Assembly (NCBI RefSeq): GCF_021869535.1
Contig: NW_026262582.1
Location: forward strand, 51,460,001 to 51,524,000
Reading direction: 5' to 3'
From: Mytilus californianus
Taxonomy: Eukaryota
Length of the DNA stretch: 64,000 nucleotides
The number at the start of each line of letters is the position of its first letter. The stretch's first letter is position 1. The notes under the pieces were generated by a model. The model had not been told where the DNA came from and searched no databases. It saw nothing but the letters and a program-made list of their open reading frames with translations. Below are positions 51,637-64,000 of this stretch, piece after piece. The position numbers and the translations under genes are program-made.

Positions 51637-54600
51637 TTAAGTCAGTTACACGGGGAAAACAGATATTAATTGGTCTTTTCTAAAGAGATAGTGTACCAGA
51701 AAAATCTGTAACAAAGATTTACAAGCAATACAGTCTTTAGCAGTAATTTAAATTAACTGATCAGTGTATCTTTACAACCCATGCAGTCTTTAGCAGTAAT
51801 TAATTAACTGATCAGTGTATCTTTACCACCCATGGGTCTTTAGCAGTAAATTAATTAACCATGACCAGATTAGATAAATTCCTACATTCGTGATCACAAC
51901 CAATTTACTTGCACTTGCAAATAATTTCATTATTTCATAAAATCGCTTACATTTGAAATTTATCGTATAGACCCTTAATTTATTGTTGATGACCACATGA
52001 AATCTCTTCTAGTTGTATTATATTTTTTTGATTGAAAAAAGGGGGGGGGGGGGGGTTGTGGGATAAGATGATTGTTGTTTTAAGTAAGGTCTAGTAGCCT
52101 TTTTTCATCCTAAGTATCCATTAATTTCTGTGTTTAAATAATGTATATGTGCAACTTTCTTTGTTTATTTAACAGATTCCACTGTAAGCTCTAATGTCCT
52201 CTTCATATAGATGGATTATAATCATTCAGATTCCACTGTAAATTCATTCCATTGAATTTTAATTACGAAAACCTGTTATTATCTCGCAAATCAAATAATA
52301 GTTTTCTTTTTTAATTAATTGAAGCGTTTACAACAAAACAGTGAGTCGGTAATTAACACTTTGAATGAAACACGTCAGTCACTGCATGTGCAAATTTATC
52401 CCACAATGCACTGACATGATGCTGTTGTATGTTGCAAGACTAAATCATATACGTTACCATAAAGGCCATACGACTTGATAGATTTTTTGAATGACTGAAA
52501 ATATCATTCTTGGATAACATAAAATGTCAAACCACAAAAACTGCTGACAACAAACTGATGAAACATTGATACAAGATCATACGAAGCTAGCATGGTTTAT
52601 CCACGCATTATTTTGCAGTATAAACTATTCATTTCCTTTGAAGCCGAGGAAATTAATGAGCTTGAAATAAAAATTAAACCTCTGTATTCTGAACACAGAA
52701 AATTAATTCACAAATGAAAAAATTTTAAATGATTAATGAGTATTGGACTTTAATGATTTCTAAATGACCTACTTCTATGTTTCTTTCAGGAATCAAAAAC
52801 AATCATTTCGAAGCATCAAGAGAAGGAAGAAAGATAAAAAAAAAAAATTAAAAAAAAAACAGATTGAAGAAAGATCCAAAAATGATATTAAGTTGATAAA
52901 AAGATTATTCAACTTTATATTTTTTGTATTCATTGCCTTTAGCTGGGATAGTGACATAGTTCAAATTAAGGGCCTTGAACTGGTCATACTTTTTTAAAGC
53001 ATAAACAAGAAAAATAACAGTAATAGACCTAAAGATGGATACCGGTATTCCGTCTACGATAGTAATACACTTCTTTGCTGCCGACTATAAAACTAATGTT
53101 TATGCAAATAGGCTGATAGATTGAAGTGGTGATACAGGCTTTTTATAGGCTTATGCTATTAACTTGGGGAAATTAAGGGCATACATTTATTTTTAACTTC
53201 CAAGAATCCAATACGTCTTATTTCCTTGTTAAACAGTCTTTTTTACATGCAAAACAAGCTAGATGAACATCGTAGAAAATCATGCGACTGACGAATGAGG
53301 TATCAATGACCGAGGTATGGTATTATGTCTGTGACTGCATGACGATCTATTAAAATCTTGAAAGGATGTTTTTTTCTACTTTCTCTACTTCCTTTTCATG
53401 TTTTAGCATTCTAATTTTCCTTTAAACATTTTTTATGTTTGTAATTTTCATTGTTACAAATAATTTTAGAGTAATTAGATATGTTTTACACTTAGATAAT
53501 CATATACCATTTTCAAGATAAAAATAAATATGTTGATGACTTAGATTATACACAATGCTTAATGCCCAAAAAGAAAGCTCAGTGGCAACTTTAATGTTCA
53601 GTGGCCAATATCATATGCTTATTCCAAACCATTAAAAACGTGCTTATGAATGAGAAAATCTAACACTGCTTATGACCAAAAGAAAAGTCAAAACTTTAAA
53701 TGACCAGTGGCAAATATTTAAGGGTACCAGTGGTGTTCCATATTTTATTTCTTGAAGAATACACAAATTAAAATAAAAATTGGTAGCAGTTCCTGTTTTT
53801 AGAAATGTCAGCATTGTATAACAGCCCAAAAATATATATGGTTCTGAGGTAAAAATTGCAGTCCATTTTTTTCCCTTATGGACTAAAAGGCAATTTTTTA
53901 TGGCTCCGACATAACATAAATTGAATATTTTCTACACTTTGTAAAATATGGATTTTAATTATCTGGATTTTAAACCTAAATGGATAAACTTTCAATTAAA
54001 AGTAAGTCCAGCCCTGAATCATCCAATCAGAAGCCTCCCATAAGATTTTATTCTGGAGAAAAAACCTTGCTGGTAAAATGTAAACAAATAATTGCACTCA
54101 TTCAAGAATAAATCAACTAAGTTATAAAAGACGCAAATAAATCGCCACAAAGTCGGCTTGAAAGAACTAAAAGTTAGTTTACAGTATAAAAAGGTGCATC
54201 ATCTCAAGAGAAAAAAGGTGAACAGAACAGGTCTACATTTTAAACATTGATTATTTTTGTGCATCAGACTTTCAGTCTGACAGTGTGCAGAAGACATAAA
54301 TTGCAGACTAAAAACAACTGATGATAAAGATGATAAATGCATAGATAGTATCATAAACTTTAAAATATGCAATTTAAATGGAATAAAGTAAAATGTGGCA
54401 GAAATTTCTTGGACCGGAGCAATGGTAGGGTTCAATTTGCAGAAAATATATATCACTAATAGCAGTGTCAATTCAAATATGTATTCTTTATTTTACAGTT
54501 GGCCATTATGGATTGATTTCTGTTTCAAATAATTATTTAACAGCGGAAATACTTAAAGCATAAATACATCATTTTTTGCCAGGTAATACAGAGCAGAACA

Positions 54601-56611
54601 ATAATTAACGTAACTCACAAAATCATAATGTATGTGATTTTTCCAATAATTTTGGCTATTACTCAATTAACTTAAGACATTCTAATTTAGAAACAAATGG
54701 TTTCACCATCAGAACCTGATTTTTGATACTTAAAAACATCTAATAGATTATGTTCTTTCTCTCATTTTTTACTACTTTCTCTCATTTATTAACAAATCTT
54801 TAATGTATGACAAGAAGCTCATAAAAGCTTGTTAGTGAACGCTATAGATTGGAAAAGAATCAGGTTCATACCTCCGAAAGTGAAAATGCAGGTAATGAAA
54901 GTGAGGTGGAAGATACCACAGGGATATTCAAACTCATAAGTAGAAGACAAACTGAAAATGAAAAACAGCCAAAAGACATTAACAACAGTGTGCAAACACA
55001 ACATTGAAAACTAAACACTGAGCAACACAAACCCCATCAAAAGATGATCTTTGGTGCCTAGGAAAGGTTACTTGACCTGCATTGAGGGAAAAATATCATG
55101 AAATGACACATACAAACTTTTTTCAGACTGAATTTGAAATTTCAGAGAGCCCTTTTTTCATTATAAAACACATGCCAATTTCTTTAAAACCTGAGGGTTT
55201 CACTAGGGTAAAGAAATATTGTCATCCCTTGGTTTTCTTCCCACCTGTGAGCAACACTTGCAAAAGTGGGGTGTCTGTTTGGCTGTGCGGGATGTATAAG
55301 TTTGCAGCCATGTCCAGGCAGAATATAAAAGTTAAATCTGATGGCTAGTGTAGAGAGAGTGCCTGGTGACACTCTCTGCACATTAAGAACCCTAAGTGCT
55401 ACAACTCTTTAAGGGTTCCGCAGGTGGCCTGTTGCATCCAAGACTAAATTCCTGTCCCTATCCAATATAACCCTCTTTTTGCAGTGATATTCCAAATTTC
55501 ACACCCTTCATCCTGGTTGACCCCCTAATACAAGACAAGTATGTATTGTATTAAGGGAAAATTCATCTGTATATTCATAATAGACATGATATGGTCACTC
55601 TTATCAAGACACCCCCCCTTTACACACACCATCTTCTCTCAAATAACTAGCAACCATCCAGCATCACAGCAATTTACCAAACTCCAACAAGAATGATAAT
55701 TTACCCGAATCACCTTGCGTTTACTGTATACACCATAGGCATTTCTAATCAAATGTACTTTTATGGATTTCTTAGACACAAGAAATAAGATGCAACAAGA
55801 TATATATAATATCAACCAAGCAAATGATCGATAGAAAAAATATATAATTTTCAATATAATAACATTTTAAAAACACATTGTAGGTGGATTAAGGACTATA
55901 AAAGGCGACCATTGTAGAGCCAATCCTTTTCAGTGTGTGCTTAGCAGCTGTTGAAATTGATGACAAAAAGTCGTCAGTTTCTCTTTAACACACAACAACA
56001 CAGAGCTCATCAAAATCAATAACTTGTCAATCAAGTACACCAGATCTTGTAGTTACTTCATTAAAATTGTTTATATAGCAGAAGATGACTTTCTGTTTGA
56101 ATAGGAAAGCAAGACTTGGAAAAGATAGAAAAAAGGGGGAGGAACAGTAAGAAATGACAGGAGCAGCGTTTGCTTTAAATAAACAACTTGCCATTGCTTT
56201 AAATAAACAGGTCAAAGTTAATATTGAAAGAGAGACACAGGAAAAAATAAGGGGAAAGGGTGGAATGTTTCAATGGCACAGCAAGAGATAAGATTTCAAG
56301 GAGGCATAGCAAAAGAAAAGATAAAAGGATAGGGGGGGGGGGGGGGGGGGGGGACATGAAATGACAGGGTGTATGGGTTTGTTTTAAAGATGAGCCAAAG
56401 TTAATATTGAAAGAAGGACACAGGAAAAAATAAAAGGTTTTTAGTGTGGAAAGAGTTAAAGGATTGAGTGGCATCACACAAGATAAGATTTTAATAGGTG
56501 TTGCACAGCAAGAGATTTTTCAAGATGAAAAGGGGGATATAGCTTAAATTGTGTAGCAAGCTATGATTGAAAGTTCAGGAAGGAAGTGTCTGGAGATCTG
56601 GGTCTGGGTTG

Positions 56612-56891
56612 TAATTTACCTTAGTCAAGCTAATTCACCTTAGTCAAGCTAATTTACCCGTAGTCAAGCTAATTTACCGTAGTCAAGCTAATTTACCGTA
56701 GTCAAGCTAATTTACCTTAGTCAACCTAATTTACCTTAGTCAAGCTAAATTACCTTAGTCAACCTAATTTACATTAGTCAACCTAATTTACCTTAGTCAA
56801 GCTAACTTACCTTAGTCAAGCTAATTTACCTTAGTCAAGCTAATTTACCTTAGTATTAGCCTTAGTCAAGCTAATTTACCTTAGTCAAGCT
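56612..56891. repeat. 19-bp minisatellite, ~15 copies
   Basis: taatttaccttagtcaagc. Confidence 0.95.
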
Positions 56892-57860
56892 TTATTTTGA
56901 ATAACAGTTTAACTGGGGTAGGTTGTAAAGTTTGAGCTGCGATAATTTTGGCTAAGGCCAGGTTAGGTCCAGTTTATGTTATGTTAAGTGACAGACTTGG
57001 TTCTGGATTCTGGTTTATGTCAAATATAAGTTAGGATTAGGATTATAATGGTTTGGTTATCAGTAAGATTAACTAAGATTTAAGGTTAAGAGTTGCTTTT
57101 AAGTCGAGGTTAGATTTAGGATTACAGTATGAGTTATGTTTAAGATGTTGAACGTGGGGCTTAGAAGTAGGAGGAAGCAAAAAATGTAGTCACAGCACAC
57201 CAATTCACAGTACACCAAAACAAGTAAGAGGGCACCCCAGTTCATAGCAGACAGAGTAAAGCAAGACAGTTAAAATGCATTGAAGTCAGAAAAGGATGCT
57301 ACTCTTCTGCACTGGTTACATCACAGTATAACAGTTAAAGAAAACATGTTTTCATTTTACTGGACAAATATTATGACTGTAGAGTGACTATTTGACAAAA
57401 ACAAAAATTCTAGTCAGCATATCACCATAAACTAACAGTCAACCAATAAGATCCAGACCATGTAACTTTATGTTCATGTTATGCTTTAGAAAAACCACTG
57501 AAACTATGTGCTAAAATTATAACAAATGTTGACGAAACAAAAAAAAAGACCTCTTCAAATTAGGATTCCATACTTAAATTAAGTATGCCAGACCAGCATT
57601 TCCCCCACATTAAGTTTAGACTGACACTACTGAAACCAAAACAGTTGTGAGGACTAAATCATTTGTTGAAGAACATTTAATTTAAAATCAAAATTCCAAA
57701 AAGTTGAGCCAAATCAAGCTATGGGACTTTTATGCTTATAGTAGAATAACCTTAGTATTTCAAGTGATTTCAACAATTTAAGATCATTTATGCAAATTTA
57801 CATAAAATGACTGTATTCAAAGATAATTCATGCCAACATCGATATGCCAACCACTGGGCT

Positions 57861-58725
57861 GGTGATACCCTCTGGGACAAAACATCACTTATTCTGGGGA
57901 TGGTGATACCCTCTGGGACAAAACATCACTTATTCTGGGGCTGGTGATACCCTCTGGGACAAAACATCACTTATTCTGGGGATGGTGATACCCTCTGGGA
58001 CAAAACATCAATTATTCTGGGGATGGTGATACCCTCTGGGACAGTGATACCCTCTAGGACAAAACTTCACTTATTCTGGGGCTGGTGATACCCTCTGGGA
58101 CAAAACATCACTTATTCTGGGGATGGTGATACCCTCTAGGACAAAACATCACTTATTCTGGGGATGGTGATACCCTCTGGGACAAAACATCACTTATTCT
58201 GGGGCTGGTGATACCCTCTGGGACAAAACTTCACTTATTCTGGGGCTGGTGATACCCTCTGGGACAAAACATCACTTATTCTGGGGATGGTGATACCCTC
58301 TAGGACAAAACATCACTTATTCTGGGGATGGTGATACCCTCTGGGACAAAACATCACTTATTCTGGGGATGGTGATACCCTCTGGGACAAAACATCACTT
58401 ATTCTGGGGCTGGTGATACCCTCTGGGACAAAACATCACTTATTCTGGGGCTGGTGATACCCTCTGGGACAAAACATCACTTATTCTGGGGCTGGTGATA
58501 TCCTCTGGGACAAAACATCACTTATTCTGGGGCTGGTGATACCCTCTGGGACAAAACATCACTTATTCTGGGGCTGGTGATACCCTCTGGGACAAAACAT
58601 CACTTATTCTGGGGCTGGTGATACCCTCTGGGACAAAACATCACTTATTCTGGGGCTGGTGATACCCTCTGGGACAAAACATCACTTATTCTGGGGATGG
58701 TGATACCCTCTGGGACAAAACATCA
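57861..58725. repeat. 41-bp minisatellite, ~21 copies
   Basis: ggtgataccctctgggacaaaacatcacttattctgggg(c/a)t; one unit has an 18-bp internal duplication at ~58043. Confidence 0.97.
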
Positions 58726-59042
58726 ATCTGCAGTGGATTCGACCCTAAGTCAGGTTGTAAAATGAAGACTAAAAATAAAATTTACAGTAGCGACATGTAT
58801 TAGAGATGTGGAAAAGAACAGAAGAGTATGGTTGTTATTTGATCTGATGTGTAGATAGTTCATTAAAATTCCTTTTTTGAAAATAATCATCTGTTTCTTG
58901 TGCTGTTTTAAAATTGTGTAAAAAAGGTCGTCATTAAATCTGACTCTCAAATGAACCAGCACAAACTGATCTTAATCAAACATTACTGAAAACTAGTCTA
59001 TGAAAAATTGGGGGATCCGATTTCAACATTTAGATCCCTTAC

Positions 59043-59113
59043 CTTTACATAGACTTTTGCTTCATTGCATGGGGGATCCAACAAGTTTTCAGAGGGAGAG
59101 TTTAGGGTATTCA
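59043..59113 (-). CDS. Probable second coding exon of the same gene ((V)NTLNSPSENLLDPPCNEAKVYVK)
   Basis: Acceptor catttttcag, donor AAG|GTAAGG; 71 nt, open in phase 1, which matches the phase-1 end of exon 63417-63651; ends in phase 0. Confidence 0.65.
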
Positions 59114-60579
59114 CTGAAAAATGTTTAGTTTTCAAGTCTAATTTTTCTTTTATCTACAAGTAAGCTGGCTATGGCTAGACAAAACAGAGGCCAGATCTCA
59201 AGTCTGAATACCATCTAGACTCAACACAGCTTCACTTTAACAAAATTGAAACTTAAAAAACATTTGATTTTTCAATATAATACAACTATAAAACCATCTG
59301 CTGTCTCTAGAGCAAGCCTGTTTTTTCAGCTCAGTCAAAATATGAATGAAAAATAGTAATGATCATGGTAGAGCAAATAAAATGAATTTGAGTCAAAACA
59401 GAAATTACCCATGAAATGTTAACCTTGGGCTTACGTACGAGTTCAATGACATTGCAGTTGTTTGTCCAAAATCTAAGATCAATACTAAGTATACATTGTA
59501 ACACCAGCAAAATGCAACATTAGAAAAATCAACACAAATTGCATTCTTATGTCAGTATGTTGTGATTGGCAATATCAGACAACAATTAATCCACCAAAGT
59601 CCAAAGGAATTAATACATTGTAAACAACTAGGTCTGTAATACGTGCAGCCTTCAACAATAAACAAAACCCATACCATATTCTACGCTATAAAAATGCGCT
59701 CTGCCTGAGGCAGCTGGATACGACAGGAGAGGTCGAACTCTGAACAGTTGGGGCAAGTATGGACACAATATTCAAGCTTGATACAGCTCTGAATTTGGAT
59801 AGTGATTAAATATTTGACACATTATAGATTTCTGACACAGAATAAATGTGGTCAGATAACTTAAAAATTTGAAATGGGACATTTAATCTATTTAATGGTC
59901 CAATATCCAAAATCTAATTCCATGGTTAGATTCAGAATATAAAAAAAAATATAAATTCAAACAAAGTTTAATTTTGGACCCTTTGGACCTTAATATAGAC
60001 TAATTTGAAAACAAGGCCCAAAATTAAAAATCTGAATGCACAGTTAGATTCAGTATATCATAGAACCACAAGAATTTAGTTTTTGATGCAATCAAACAAA
60101 GTCTAATTTTGGACCCTTTGGACCTCAATGTACACCTATTAAAAAATGTCCAAATATCCAATATAGTAATACATGGTAAAAACCTCAAACAATTCAAGAC
60201 TTTAAATTAATCCTCACTGAAATTGATTAAAAGATTTGTTTTTATTTTCAATTGAAGATTTCTTGCTGTTATTGTGTTGCGCAATACTTAGTAAATCTAT
60301 TTACAAACTAAATATAATAATTTACACACCCTGTTTGGTGTGTATCTCCTGCCATATACAGTATTGGTTGTTTCTTTATATAGATCAGAAATAATTTATG
60401 TTAGAACCAGCTTAACCAGTATTAGAAAAGTCTTGTTTTTGGCTCCTATTTTACGAGCCTCTAGTTTCTTATTGATTAAAGTCACAACCACAAAATCTTC
60501 TGTGTGTGGTATGGAACCTTGTAGTACAATTTCAGAGAGTTCCATTGACTAATACTTAAGTATTGTCAATTAACCAGAA

Positions 60580-60845
60580 AAACCTAATTCCTGAACAGTT
60601 TGGGCCATAACCCCCAAAGTCAATCCAAACCTTTCATTTGTGGTATTGGAACCTTGTGGTACTGGGCAGTGAATTTCATAGAGATCCATACACTTATAGA
60701 CAAGTTATTGTCCGGAAACTAGAAAATTTCATAGAGATCCTTTCACTTATACTAAAGTTATTTTCTGGAAACCAAATGTCTTCTGACGACGATGACGACA
60801 ACATGATAGCAATATATGAATACAAATTTTTTGCGGTCGTATAAA
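60580..60845. mobile_element. Family D copy
   Basis: Shares cctaattcct..ccataaccccc..ttcatagagatcc..gacgac..ttttgcggtcgtataaaa with 8455-8830. Confidence 0.6.
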
Positions 60846-60923
60846 AAAGGGCCATGGGATAACATGTGAAAGCGAATGTGAAAGGATTAATAAAAGAATG
60901 TCCTGATTTAGTTTATAACATTA

Positions 60924-61238
60924 GGGAGCTACCATTTGATTTTTATGGGGGGGGGGGGGGGGGGGGGGGGGCTAGGATGAAAAATTTTGTCCTGCATTTT
61001 TATAGTTGTAATCTCTGTCCTGCCTTTTTATTTTTCACTCTATTAGGTCCTGCCTTTTTTTTATTAGTTTATCCTGACTTTTTTTACACAAACTGTCATC
61101 CTGCCTTTTTTTTTGGCCAAGTTGCTCATCCTGCCTTTTTTTTTTTACTCAAAACTCCTGTCCTGCCTTTTTTTTCAAATTTCTTCCTAGCCCCCCCCAA
61201 CCCCCCCCCCCCCCCATAAAAATCAAATGGTAGCTCCC
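60924..61238. mobile_element. MITE with ~55-bp TIRs containing G/C homopolymers
   Basis: gggagctaccatttgatttttat(G)n ctagga mirrored at the right end; TTA on both sides; interior of tcctgcc(t)n repeats. Confidence 0.85.
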
Positions 61239-62094
61239 TTAAATGAAAAACAATTATGAAGTTATTTAATCATACCCTAAAATATATCTGAAAGAAATTA
61301 GCATAAAAGCTGTGTGCTAGTCAATGTAATTTCTACTACATGTATATATTTATTAATGGGATCTACTTTTTTCTGAATAAACTAAACCCATTTGTAAACC
61401 TTCTCAAACTTTCCAAATTCTCCCAAAAAACCTGTCCAGTACTTGTTAGATCGGCACTTCTTGTGTTTTGTCGTTTTGTTGTGCTTCATTGTTATTGCTC
61501 AACCATAAACAAATTGCACATTATGCTTGTATACAGAATTAGTTAAAACCATCCGTGAACATATAATTTTCTTCAATATATGAAAATTGCTACCCATAAA
61601 ATATATGAAGCCTCAGTATTTCTTGCATGGATGTTCTACAGTAAAACACAAAGTCCAGAAAATAATTGTAGATTTGCTGAATAGATAAACAAGAGCCATT
61701 TTTAATCAAGACTCAATGAAAGCCTTAATTAACTACATATTCTTCCTCTGATTAGGTACATACTAATCAACTCAATTCATTAAAATTTGTTTACATTCTC
61801 AAGAATCAATATCATACTTTCTTCAAAAAGGTAGGCACAGATCTGGGATTTTATGCTAGGGGGGGGGGGGGGGGATTCCTCCTCAGAATTAGGAGTACAA
61901 GGACCAAATATTGACAAGAAAATGGCTGTAATTTTCCTCTTTTTTTGTGGGTGGGTTGAGCATCTGAATCCATGCCTAAAAGTTGCACACAGAAACTTTA
62001 CATACAAAACACGAGAAAGTTAAACAATTGTTAAAGGTCTAAAACTGAGATGGGGAAACCTTTCATTTTTTTTTCATGACCTTTGTTTCTAAGA

Positions 62095-63290
62095 TTAAAA
62101 TGAAGACTATAATACTTTTTGGTCTACAACCTTGACCTTTACTTTTAGGTCTAAAACTATGCCCTCTATTTTTAGGTCTAACACCATGACCAATACTTAA
62201 TGTTCTAACACCATGACCAGTATACTTAAGATCCAAAATCATGACCTATACTTTAGTTTCAAAATCATGACCTATAATTACGGTCTCAAATCATGAAATA
62301 TACTTTGGTCTCAAATCTTGACCTATACTTTAGGTCCATTGTCTCCTATACTTTAGGTCCAAAATTTTGACCTTTGCTTTAGTTTCAAATTCATGACCTA
62401 TAATAACAGTCTCAAATCATGAAATATACTTTGGTCTCAAATCTTGACCTATACTTTAGGTCCATTATCTCCTATACTTTAGGTAAAAAAATTTGACCTA
62501 TGCTCTAGGTCTTAAATTTATATTCTATATTTTAGGTCCAAAATCTTGACCAATACTTTAAGTCTAAATAAGTCATGACTTTTACTTTAGGTCTAAAACT
62601 AAGTTCTATATTTGTTGGTCTACCCGTATAATTATGACCTATACTAGTTCTAAAATCATAACATCGATAAGGTTTAAAATCTTGACCAATATCTGAGGTC
62701 TAAAATCTTGTACTATACCTGAGGTCTTAAATTTTGACATGTACTTGAGGTCTAAAATCTTGACATGTACTTGAGGTATAATTTATTGATCTAAACTTTA
62801 AGTCTAAATTTATATCCTATGTTTTAGGTCCAAAATCTTGACCAATACTTTAAGTCTAAAATCATGACTTACAGGTCTATAGCTAAATTCTATACTTTTT
62901 GGTCTATAATTATGACCTATACTAGATCTAAAATCATAACATTGATAAGGTCTATTATCTTGACCAATATCTGAGGTCTAAAATCTTGGACTATACCCAA
63001 TGTCTAAAAATCTTGACATGTACTTGATGTCTAAAATCTTGACAGGTACTTGAGGTCTAAAATTATGAACTATACTTTAAGGTCTAAAATCTCGACTAAT
63101 ATCTGAAGTCTTAAAAACTTTACATATACTTGAGGACTAAAATCTTGACCCAACACTTTAGGTCTGAAATCATTACCAATACATTAGGACTAAAAGTATA
63201 TGAGGTCTAAAATTTTGACCTATACCCAAGGTCTAAAACTTAGACATCTTCATCAGGTCTAAATTCATGAAGAATACATGAGGTCCAAAA
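62095..63290. repeat. Degenerate ~26-bp tandem repeat
   Basis: ggtctaaaatcttgacc/atatactt(ta/ga) motif; 26-bp spacing measured at 62721, 62747, 62773. Confidence 0.85.
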
Positions 63291-63416
63291 TCTATCTTTC
63301 ATATATCCTCATTCATATTCTACAGCATAAAGTTACCCTGCTTTAGGGTCTAAAATAATTTTTATACCCCCTGTCTGTTTCTTTCACCTCTAGAATTTTT
63401 TATTTTTGGAACTTAC

Positions 63417-63651
63417 CTTCAACAATTTCTCCATTTGGGAATACTATCACAACCTTGCCAGATTTGGACATAAAAAGTCGAGGCCGGTCTGGCGCTGGTT
63501 TTAATTTTGTTAAATCCATGCTAGAGTCCGTCTGACATCGCCTGTACTGATTCCCATGCTGAATTATTGATAAGTTAGGACCACTGGGACCAGGCTGAGG
63601 AGTCCCAGTGTCACTGGACGCGAGGCCTGTCTGTTTAAAATCCAGTGTCAT
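63417..63651 (-). CDS. Probable first coding exon of an unidentified spliced gene (MTLDFKQTGL...KVVIVFPNGEIVE, 78 codons + 1 nt)
   Basis: GC/CpG-richer island with an open frame; in-frame TAA six codons upstream of the ATG; ends at canonical donor G|GTAAGT (acttac on + at 63411-63416). The last 5 aa of the listed ORF are intronic read-through. Confidence 0.75.
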
Positions 63652-64000
63652 ACGAATTGGTAGAAATTATTTAACGGAAGACGACTCAAAAAAAGAATCG
63701 TCTAACAAACACAACATCTAAACTATTAGTAATTTATATTCCGTAGCACAATTAGCAGTGAATGCTTTTTATATATATTACATACAGAAATTTTGGCAAT
63801 GTAGCACTACATGTCGTGTTCAGAGAACTGTAAATACTGCCTGTTACGATTCCAAATTAAATTGTCTATGATGTTACAATTATGCATTCCTATAAACACA
63901 TACCTCGCTAGCAGACAGCATATGTGGTTGAGATTTCCTTCCGTCAATTCCAAATGAAAACCAACTCTATTGGAACAATTAGGTGCCCCCCATAAATACA

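Noticed and set aside
55348-55420. Two adjacent hairpins with an ANANNA hinge (H/ACA-like)
   Set aside because: The first hairpin is too short, has no pseudouridylation pocket, and there is no terminal ACA box.
57861-58725. CRISPR-like regular repeat
   Set aside because: Units are contiguous with no unique spacers, there are no cas genes, and the context is eukaryotic. The same applies to the other arrays.

Overview
Strongly AT-rich eukaryotic genomic DNA, mostly intronic/intergenic and packed with repeats. There are no prokaryote-style operons, rRNA, tRNA genes or CRISPR arrays. The interspersed repeat families resemble those I recall from bivalve molluscs, most likely Mytilus (inference, not database-checked). 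Protein-coding content is small. One minus-strand spliced gene starts near the right end, with two phase-compatible exons at 63417-63651 and 59043-59113 and an unrecognised product; a few weaker exon candidates also occur. The most notable feature is a 5'-truncated Penelope-like retroelement (C-terminal RT/thumb, no downstream endonuclease, so Naiad-like) at 8921-10130, whose 3' UTR holds a textbook form-2 SECIS element (9536-9613), suggesting a selenoprotein-encoding retrotransposon family. Four shorter copies share its 3' end. Also present: V-domain tRNA-SINEs with TSDs, many Helentron-like non-autonomous elements (two different ones inserted at the identical site of a local tandem unit, with an empty site beside them), MITEs with 2-, 3-, 4- and 8-bp TSD classes, and about ten tandem arrays, at least two of which arose inside interspersed repeats. 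Most ORFs in the supplied track are repeat-derived or chance.
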